Origin: Clostridiales bacterium
GTDB taxonomy: Bacteria; Bacillota; Clostridia; Oscillospirales; Oscillospiraceae
DNA: 32,000 nucleotides
Reading direction: 5' to 3'
Assembly (NCBI GenBank): GCA_004556965.1
Contig: SFFE01000011.1
Location: 6,394 to 38,393, forward strand
Each line of letters begins with the position of its first letter. The first letter of the stretch is position 1. The position numbers were made by a program, and so were the translations under genes. The notes below the pieces were generated by a model, which saw only the letters and a program-made list of their open reading frames with translations, searched no databases and was not told the DNA's origin. Below, piece by piece: positions 16,904 to 24,042 of this stretch.

Positions 16904-16932
16904 ATTGTAACACATTCTAAGAAATCTGTCAA
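16904..16932 (-). promoter_or_regulatory. Promoter for the 96-aa gene / NlpC-P60 operon
   Basis: Minus strand reads TTGACA (16932-16927), 17 nt spacer, TG-t-TACAAT (16909-16904). Confidence 0.7.
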
Positions 16933-17047
16933 CACGTCAGAAGACGATCGCTCCATTCCGCTTTCGCCACAAGGCGACGGAAGCTGCATATTCGCTCCCG
17001 CCTTCTTCCTTTTCGCGCCGCAACCCATCGTAGCGGTTGCGGCGCGA
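16933..17047. repeat. Copy A of a dispersed structured intergenic element of about 115 nt
   Basis: About 70% identical to the reverse complement of 26118-26230. It shares the 11-mer GCTCCATTCCG with 29638-29648. It has two hairpins whose stems covary between copies. Confidence 0.6.
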
Positions 17048-17125
17048 GGAGCGCCGCCTGCGGGCGGCGAAGCCTACGGCCGGGAAATGTGGGGAATGCT
17101 GGGAACGCGGTGCGATACGCACCAA

Positions 17126-17151
17126 AGCCTTCCCCTCTCAAGGGGAAGGCT
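17126..17151 (-). terminator. Hairpin directly after the PBP gene stop
   Basis: 11-bp stem AGCCTTCCCCT/AGGGGAAGGCT with a 4-nt loop. The U-tract is weak. Confidence 0.5.
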
Positions 17152-17154
17152 CTG

Positions 17155-19287
17155 CTACTGAAGCAGTCCCTCCAGCGCCTGCTGGACGGCGGTGAGCGGG
17201 TCGGTCGCCGCGTCCGGCGTCTGGGACTCATCCGGGGTCTCGTCCTCCGGCTCCTCCTCTTCCGGCTCGGACATGTCGCCGAAAATGCCGGTGGGCGCGC
17301 CGATGGTCGGCGTCGGGAAGGCCTTGTATTCCAGCCCCTCGTGGATCGGCGCCATGATGAGCTTCCAGATCTGCGCCGCGGGGTTGCCGGAGAAGTTCAT
17401 ATACTCCGGCGTGTCGTACCCGGTCCAGACCGCCGCGACGTAGTACGGCGTGTAGCCGACGAAATAGCGGTCGCGGTTGGCGGTCGTCGTACCGGTCTTG
17501 CCGGCGACAGGCATATTGCTCAAGCGCGCCTCGGTGCCGGTACCGGCGTTGACGGCGTTATAGAGCATGTCAGTCATGTTCCACGCGGTGTTTGCCTTGA
17601 AGGCGACGATGGTGCGCGCCGGGTTTTCCAGCACGACGTTGCCCGCGGAATCCGTAATATAGTTGTACGTGCGGGAGTAGGTGAAGATGCCGTCGTTGAC
17701 GAAAGCGCTGTACGCCTGCGCCATCTCGCGCACGGTGATGCCGTTCGTGAGCTGGCCGAGGGCGAGCGGGGCATAGTCGCAGTCCGCGTCGATCATACTC
17801 GTGACGCCGAGCTTGGTCTTCAGGAATTCAAACGACGCGCGCGGCGTGAGTTTATCGAGGATCTGTGCCGATACGGTGTTCAGCGAGCGCTGCAGACCCT
17901 CGCGGATGGTGATGACGCCGTAGTTGCCGCCGCCGGAGTTGCTCGGGTACCAGGTCGTGCCGGAGAGCTTGATGTCCCGGCTGTCGTTTACCTGCGTGTA
18001 CTGCGTGATCAGCCCCAGCTCCATGGCCGGACCGTAGACGGCGATCGGCTTGAAGGACGATCCGGGCGGGCGCTTGGCCTGCGTGGCGCGGTTCAGACCA
18101 AAGTTGATGGTCTTTTCGCCCGTGCCGCCGGAGAGACCCTTGATCTCGCCCGTATACGGGTCGAGGATGACGATGGCGGACTGGAACTGCTGCCCCTTGG
18201 CAGACGGGTGCTGCGGCAGATTATCCAGATTCGTATAGTATTCGTCGATCACGCTCTGGATACTCGCGTCGTAGCAGGAGTAGATCTGATAGCCGCCGGA
18301 ATACAGCAGGGTCTTCGCCGTGTCGTAGCTGACGCCCTTCTGCTCCATGAGATCCTGCAGCACGTCCTCAATGACGGTCTCGGCATAGTAGCTGTAGATC
18401 GTCTGGTTGCCGCCGCTGCTCTCGCTGTGGACGAAGACCAGCTCCTCGGCGACGGCCTCGTCATACTGCTCCTTGGTGATGTAGCCCTGATCGTACATCT
18501 CCCAGAGGATCGTTTCCTGCCGCGCCTTGTTGTTGTCGCGGCTGATGAACGGGTCGTACTTGGAGGGGTTGTTCGTGATGCCGATGATGCTAGCACACTC
18601 CGCGAGCGACAGCTCCGACGGCGTTTTGCCGAAATACGTCTCCGCCGCGGTGTAGATGCCGTTGCAGCCCTCGCCGAAGTACACGACGTTCAGATACCAT
18701 TCGATGATTTCTTCTTTGTCATACGACTTTTCGAATTCGAGCGCCTGGAAGATCTCCAGCAGCTTGCGCTGGACGGTGATATCGTCCTGCTTCGTGAGGT
18801 TCTTGATGAGCTGCTGCGTGATGGTGGAGCCGCCGAAGTCGTTGCGCATGGACAGGAACATGTTCACGAACGCGCCGGTGGTGCGGTACCAGTCCACGCC
18901 TTTGTGCCGGTAAAAGCGCTGGTCCTCAATGGCGACGGCGGCGTGCTCCATGTCCTTCGGGATGTCCTCGTAATCGACCCAGATGCGGTTTTCCGTGCCG
19001 GAGAGGGTCACGAGCTTCTGCCAGTTGCCGTCCGCATCCTGATACAGGATGGAGCTGGACAGCGACAGCGTGAAGTCCTCCAGCTCAACGTCCAGCTCGG
19101 TGGACAGGCAGTTTTTCACGTAATACGCGAAGATGCACATGAAAAGCAGCCCCGTGACCAGCAGAATGAGCAGGATGGTGCCGATGACCCGAAAAACGGT
19201 GCCGACGACGCTGGCGGTCGCTTCCGCGGTACCGTCGGCGAGCTTCTTCGCCGAGCGCCTGGCGTGCTTGTTCCGCTTATCAGCCAT
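17155..19287 (-). CDS. ponA: Class A penicillin-binding protein (glycosyltransferase GT51 + transpeptidase)
   Basis: 710 aa. N-terminal TM anchor, EDQRFYRHKGVD (GT51), SSFKP, SLN, KTGTT. Acidic Pro/Glu-rich C-terminal tail. GGAGGTGA lies upstream of the ATG. Confidence 0.95.
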   Translation of the reverse strand: MADKRNKHARRSAKKLADGTAEATASVVGTVFRVIGTILLILLVTGLLFMCIFAYYVKNCLSTELDVELEDFTLSLSSSILYQDADGNWQKLVTLSGTENRIWVDYEDIPKDMEHAAVAIEDQRFYRHKGVDWYRTTGAFVNMFLSMRNDFGGSTITQQLIKNLTKQDDITVQRKLLEIFQALEFEKSYDKEEIIEWYLNVVYFGEGCNGIYTAAETYFGKTPSELSLAECASIIGITNNPSKYDPFISRDNNKARQETILWEMYDQGYITKEQYDEAVAEELVFVHSESSGGNQTIYSYYAETVIEDVLQDLMEQKGVSYDTAKTLLYSGGYQIYSCYDASIQSVIDEYYTNLDNLPQHPSAKGQQFQSAIVILDPYTGEIKGLSGGTGEKTINFGLNRATQAKRPPGSSFKPIAVYGPAMELGLITQYTQVNDSRDIKLSGTTWYPSNSGGGNYGVITIREGLQRSLNTVSAQILDKLTPRASFEFLKTKLGVTSMIDADCDYAPLALGQLTNGITVREMAQAYSAFVNDGIFTYSRTYNYITDSAGNVVLENPARTIVAFKANTAWNMTDMLYNAVNAGTGTEARLSNMPVAGKTGTTTANRDRYFVGYTPYYVAAVWTGYDTPEYMNFSGNPAAQIWKLIMAPIHEGLEYKAFPTPTIGAPTGIFGDMSEPEEEEPEDETPDESQTPDAATDPLTAVQQALEGLLQ

Positions 19288-19466
19288 GTGTGCAGATCAC
19301 CTCCATGGTTTTTTCGAAAAGCAGCGGTTTCCCACTGCGGGATTTTGACGTATCCAATAGTATATCATACTCTGTCAATTCGGGACAGAGAGTTTTCAGA
19401 TTTTTTACGATTGTGGAATATTTTTCGCTTCCGCGCGGCATAATGGCGGAAAGGGAGTGATTTACC

Positions 19467-19790
19467 ATGAAACGAAAGACAAAACTCACCGTCGTCACGG
19501 CGCTGTCGCTGTGCTCGGTGTTCTGTGCGGGCGCGGCGCTGTCCACGGTGCGCGGCAGTGCGGCGAACACGGAGGTCGTGTCCTACGACGGGGCGGAGGC
19601 GGAATATATCCTGCGCGACTACGACGGCTACGTCGGCGTGTTCGACGCGGAGCAGGACCGCGCGCCGCTGCAGATCACGGCCATCGAGACCGGCGCGCTG
19701 CGCCAGACCGACCGGGATATGCTGCAGGGCGGCATCTCCGTTGGCAGCCGGGAACAGCTTCTCCTGCTGCTGGAAGATCTGGGGTCTTAA
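19467..19790 (+). CDS. Small signal-anchored protein of unknown function (possibly BofC-like C-terminal region)
   Basis: 107 aa. MKRKTKLTVVTALSLCSVFCAGAA signal/anchor. GGGAG lies 9 nt before the ATG. The family assignment is uncertain. Confidence 0.65.
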   Translation: MKRKTKLTVVTALSLCSVFCAGAALSTVRGSAANTEVVSYDGAEAEYILRDYDGYVGVFDAEQDRAPLQITAIETGALRQTDRDMLQGGISVGSREQLLLLLEDLGS

Positions 19791-19796
19791 TTCTAC

Positions 19797-19825
19797 TTGA
19801 TTTCTGCCGTGGTATGCGGTAGAAT
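19797..19825 (+). promoter_or_regulatory. Promoter for the DUF1292 gene
   Basis: TTGATT, 17 nt spacer, TAGAAT. Confidence 0.6.
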
Positions 19826-19855
19826 GCAGATAGAAACGACAGGAGGGCACCACCC

Positions 19856-20140
19856 ATGAGTGAAGAATTCGGCAACGATTACCTGACCATCGAGGACGAA
19901 GAGGGCAATACCTTTGAGCTGGAAGTGCTCGGCGGCTTCGACTTTGAAGATCGGTCGTACATGGCGGCGCTGCCCGCCGACATGGAGGAGACAGACCCCG
20001 ATTTCGGCATCATCCTTCTGCGCATCGAAGAGGAGGACGGCGAGGAAATCTTCGCCTCCATCGACGATGATGATGAGCTGGACCGGGTGTACGAATACTA
20101 CATGCAGTTCATTCTGGAAGACGAGGAACCGGAAGCATAA
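19856..20140 (+). CDS. DUF1292 (YrzB-like) small acidic protein
   Basis: 94 aa. MSEEFGNDYLTIEDEEGNTFELEVLG.F.F.DR.Y.AL.P ... is the typical DUF1292 pattern. AGGAGG is upstream. Confidence 0.85.
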   Translation: MSEEFGNDYLTIEDEEGNTFELEVLGGFDFEDRSYMAALPADMEETDPDFGIILLRIEEEDGEEIFASIDDDDELDRVYEYYMQFILEDEEPEA

Positions 20141-20411
20141 GTTCCCGGCTTTTCGCATAGGGATGCAGTAAATCCTGCGGTGTGCGTGGAGCATAGTGGT
20201 TGCTCGGAGCCTATTTAAACCCACATCTCTCATAAGGGATGCCGGAACTCCCGCTGCGGATTGCAGGCCTCCCGGAGCGGCTTTGCGCCGCTTTGGACGT
20301 TGGAAGCAGCGAAACAGCGGGGAGGCGACCCACCTGCATTCTGTGCAGGTTGTAATTGGGCTCACACGGCATCGCGGGACGGCCGGCAGCGGATATCGCT
20401 GCCGGCTTTTT
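20141..20411 (+). ncRNA. Unassigned structured RNA region (a long 3' UTR or an independent ncRNA) ending in a strong terminator
   Basis: No credible ORF. A long closing helix can form between 20174-20191 and 20361-20378. Internal helices include 20248-20256/20315-20324, 20274-20293 and 20332-20350. Confidence 0.35.
20382..20411 (+). terminator. Intrinsic terminator
   Basis: GCCGGCAGCG-GATA-TCGCTGCCGGC followed by TTTTT. Confidence 0.8.
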
Positions 20412-20464
20412 CAGAGCGTTACGGACGTTGTGCAGCTTCGCGGCTTCGGTGCGCAGATTGGTGC

Positions 20465-20493
20465 TTGACGAACGGCGCGGTCTCTGCTATACT
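20465..20493 (+). promoter_or_regulatory. Promoter for the CDF-gene leader
   Basis: TTGACG, 17 nt spacer, TATACT. Confidence 0.65.
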
Positions 20494-20549
20494 CCTCCCA
20501 ATGACAGGTCGAAAGGCCGGGCGGCATGCGCCGCAGCAGAACGAACGAT

Positions 20550-20585
20550 AAGCGTCTGTGGGACAGAACCCACAGACGCTTTTTC
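20550..20585 (+). repeat. Terminator-like hairpin, copy 1 of a 35-nt direct repeat
   Basis: AAGCGTCTGTGGG-ACAGAA-CCCACAGACGCTTTTTC. Confidence 0.85.
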
Positions 20586-20728
20586 TTACGGACGGACCGA
20601 TGTGCCATGTATGCAACTGCATGGGGCGGGTCCGGGAGGGGATTGGGTATCCCCTCCCGGCAAGTTCGATCGGTTGGATTCAGGCCGTGAGCGGCCTGAA
20701 TCCATGCTTCAAAGTGATGTTCACTTTG

Positions 20729-20765
20729 AAGCGTCTGTGGGACAGAACCCACAGGCGCTTTTTTC
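20729..20765 (+). repeat. Terminator-like hairpin, copy 2 of the direct repeat, immediately before the CDF RBS
   Basis: AAGCGTCTGTGGG-ACAGAA-CCCACAGGCGCTTTTTTC. It differs from copy 1 by one substitution. Confidence 0.85.
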
Positions 20766-20787
20766 AACCTGGAAGGGAGTTTATTGG

Positions 20788-21666
20788 ATGCAGGAACAAA
20801 ATGCAAAGTGCGTGACGATGCGCATTTCCGCCGTCGGCATCGTGTGCAACGTGGCGCTGACGCTCTTTAAGCTCATCGCGGGCATTGTGGCGAATTCGGC
20901 CGCCATGGTCGCGGACGCGGTCCATTCGGCGTCCGACATCGTGGGGTCGTTCGTCGTGATGATCGGCGCGGTGATCTCGAACAAGGCGCCGGACACGGAG
21001 CACCCCTACGGTCACGAGAAGCTGGAGTGCATCGCGTCCGTCATTCTGGGCAACATCCTCGTCGCGGTCGGCGCGCTGATCGGCTACAACGGGATTTTGA
21101 AGATCGTCAGCGGTGAGACGCTCACGGCGCCGGGAACGCTCGCGCTCATCGCGGCGGTGGCGTCCATCGTGGTGAAGGAGGCGCTGTACTGGTACACGAT
21201 CCTCGGCGCGAAGAAGATCAACTCCGTCTCGCTCAAGGCGGAGGCGTGGCACCACCGCTCCGACGCGCTCTCGTCCATCGGCAGCTTTGTGGGCATTCTG
21301 GGCGCGCGGCTCGGCGTGCCGGTGCTCGATCCCATCGCGTCGGTGGTCATCTGCCTGTTCATCTTCAAGGTGGCCTACGGCATCTTCCGCGAGAGCATCG
21401 ACCGGCTGATCGACCACGCCTGCTGCGACGAGACCGTCGAACAGATGCGCGAGACGCTCGCCGCCGTGCCCGGCGTGCTGGCCGTGGACGATATCAAGAC
21501 GCGCCTGTTCGGCAGCCGCACGTATGTGGACGTGGAGATCGCCGCCGATGGCGACCTGCCGCTGCGCGAGGCGCACGCCATCGCCGAGGCTGCGCACCAC
21601 ACGCTGGAGCGGGAATTTCCGGAAGTGAAGCACTGCACGGTGCACGTGAACCCGAAGGATGCATGA
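20788..21666 (+). CDS. czcD: Cation diffusion facilitator (CDF) family divalent-metal efflux transporter
   Basis: 292 aa. ADAVHSASD and HHRSDALSS metal-site motifs, six TM helices and a C-terminal cytoplasmic domain. GGAAGGGAG lies 8 nt before ATG 20788. The upstream extension in the track is the leader. Confidence 0.9.
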   Translation: MQEQNAKCVTMRISAVGIVCNVALTLFKLIAGIVANSAAMVADAVHSASDIVGSFVVMIGAVISNKAPDTEHPYGHEKLECIASVILGNILVAVGALIGYNGILKIVSGETLTAPGTLALIAAVASIVVKEALYWYTILGAKKINSVSLKAEAWHHRSDALSSIGSFVGILGARLGVPVLDPIASVVICLFIFKVAYGIFRESIDRLIDHACCDETVEQMRETLAAVPGVLAVDDIKTRLFGSRTYVDVEIAADGDLPLREAHAIAEAAHHTLEREFPEVKHCTVHVNPKDA

Positions 21667-21673
21667 AGGAAAC

Positions 21674-21719
21674 GGCAAGCCCGGTGCGCATTTCCGATGG
21701 AATGCGTGCCGGGCTTGTC
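21674..21719. terminator. Long near-perfect hairpin between convergent genes
   Basis: GGCAAGCCCGGTGCGCATTTCC-GAT-GGAATGCGTGCCGGGCTTGTC, about 20 bp including G-U pairs. Confidence 0.6.
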
Positions 21720-21726
21720 GCTGCTG

Positions 21727-21948
21727 TTATGGTTCATAAGGCTGCTTCCGATTGGTGCGGCCAAGGAGATAGTCTACGCTCACTCCATAAAAATCCGCAA
21801 GCGCACACAGAACATGCGGCGGAATCATTCGCTGACCGCTCTCATAATAGGCATAGGTGCGCTGCGGCACATTGATCGCCGCGCCAACCTTCGCCTGCGT
21901 AAAATCGGCATCCTCGCGTAACGCCCGGATGCGTTCATATCGTTCCAT
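21727..21948 (-). CDS. Small XRE-family HTH regulator (73 aa)
   Basis: MERYERIRALREDADFTQAKVGAAINVPQRTYAYYESGQRMIP... is an HTH_3 motif. ATG 21948 is preferred over the track's GTG 21957. Confidence 0.8.
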   Translation of the reverse strand: MERYERIRALREDADFTQAKVGAAINVPQRTYAYYESGQRMIPPHVLCALADFYGVSVDYLLGRTNRKQPYEP

Positions 21949-21973
21949 TGCAATCACCAGTGCCAGTATAAAA

Positions 21974-22013
21974 AGAACAAATTATTCTATTTACATTTTG
22001 AATATATTGTTCT
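21974..22013. promoter_or_regulatory. Inverted repeat (12/14 match) overlapping the divergent promoter, a candidate XRE operator
   Basis: AGAACAAATTATTC (21974-21987) and GAATATATTGTTCT (22000-22013). Confidence 0.5.
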
Positions 22014-22018
22014 AAAAT
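21990..22018 (+). promoter_or_regulatory. Promoter for the 50-codon ORF
   Basis: TTTACA, 17 nt spacer, TAAAAT. Confidence 0.6.
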
Positions 22019-22037
22019 ATTCAGGGGGGTGATGAAA

Positions 22038-22190
22038 ATGCCGGACTACAGAACGCTCTATTACAAATTGTTTCGGGACACGGAGAAAGCCATTCAAATT
22101 TTGGTTGCGGCACAGCAGGAATGTGAAGCGATGTACTTGAGGGCGACAGATATTGTGGACGATGAGACGGAGCTGCCCGAAGACGAATGA
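22038..22190 (+). CDS. 50-aa helical protein with an acidic tail (MPDYRTLYYKLFRDTEKAIQILVAAQQECEAMYLRATDIVDDETELPEDE)
   Basis: AGGGGGGTGA SD lies about 8 nt before the ATG. It has its own promoter and a shared terminator. It is below the track's size cutoff. Confidence 0.55.
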   Translation: MPDYRTLYYKLFRDTEKAIQILVAAQQECEAMYLRATDIVDDETELPEDE

Positions 22191-22200
22191 ACCGCAGCAA

Positions 22201-22232
22201 AAAAGACGCCGGTCAACCGACCGGCGTCTTTT
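22201..22232. terminator. Bidirectional intrinsic terminator (small ORF / gdhA)
   Basis: AAAAGACGCCGGTC-AACC-GACCGGCGTCTTTT. Confidence 0.8.
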
Positions 22233-22251
22233 GCTATGTTTGGATTTTGGA

Positions 22252-23664
<1,413 letters not shown>

Positions 23665-23846
23665 TTACTACCAACATTTCCTGAATTCAATAGGGGAAAT
23701 CCATAGAAAAGCGTTTTTTTTTCGTGCAAAACTACCATTTTTACGCTTTACATCATAAAAGGATTCGACCTTTTGACGAAATTATGACAAAAATTTGACA
23801 TTCGAAGCGCGCCGCGGCGCAGGCGCCCGCCCTCCAAAAGATTCGG

Positions 23847-23876
23847 TTGACACGATGATATCAAACAGGGTAGAAT
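23847..23876 (+). promoter_or_regulatory. Promoter for the URO-D family gene (gives a leader of about 160 nt)
   Basis: TTGACA, 18 nt spacer, TAGAAT. Confidence 0.6.
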
Positions 23877-24042
23877 GTTTCTGAAAACACCACATGTGTG
23901 AGAAAACGGCGCATGCAAACCCGCGATATGCGCGCGGCAGACCGAGACTTTCCCATTCTGCCGGCTTCGGCAGCGAGATGAAATCCGGCACGGCGGGCGC
24001 CGTGCATGAATTATATATTTATAAACAGGAGAAAACAAAACC

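Larger units (their letters stand above)
20500..20787 (+). promoter_or_regulatory. Hairpin-dense leader of about 288 nt upstream of the CDF transporter. A metal-responsive attenuator or riboswitch is possible but the class is unassigned.
   Basis: Two copies of a terminator-like hairpin plus three perfect 11-12 bp hairpins lie between the promoter and the RBS. Confidence 0.5.

Noticed and set aside
16929-17231. Small ORFs across the dispersed element (e.g. MQLPSPCGESGMERSSSDV... on the minus strand at 17 kb, MWSFRLPAGSATQRVSSDV... at 26 kb; track ORFs 16929-17231, 16937-17125, 25923-26342)
   Set aside because: The apparent peptide similarity follows from nucleotide similarity. The 26-kb version runs antisense through tRNA-Thr. 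Differences between copies are compensatory in stems rather than synonymous, which favours an RNA or DNA structure over coding.
20141-20411. Possible identity as SRP RNA, 6S RNA, tmRNA, RNase P RNA or a known riboswitch
   Set aside because: A GGAAGCAGC string resembles SRP helix 8, but the GGAA tetraloop context does not fold. There is no tmRNA or RNase P conserved core (GGTTCGA..CCA end, GAGGAAAGTCC). The fold is multi-branched rather than the 6S rod. S-box, TPP, B12-box, M-box and ykkC hallmarks are absent. It is left unassigned rather than named.
20500-20585. Direct assignment of the leader as a czcD/NiCo riboswitch
   Set aside because: The genomic context fits, but I cannot reproduce the four-helix consensus from memory. 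The first unit is only about 50 nt before its hairpin. It is reported as a hypothesis needing cmsearch, not as a feature call.
20600-20815. Leader ORF starting MCHVCNCMG (Cys/His-rich) upstream of the CDF gene, as a possible metal-sensing leader peptide
   Set aside because: It has no SD. It runs through three perfect hairpins and into the CDF coding region in another frame. The Cys/His start is probably coincidental.
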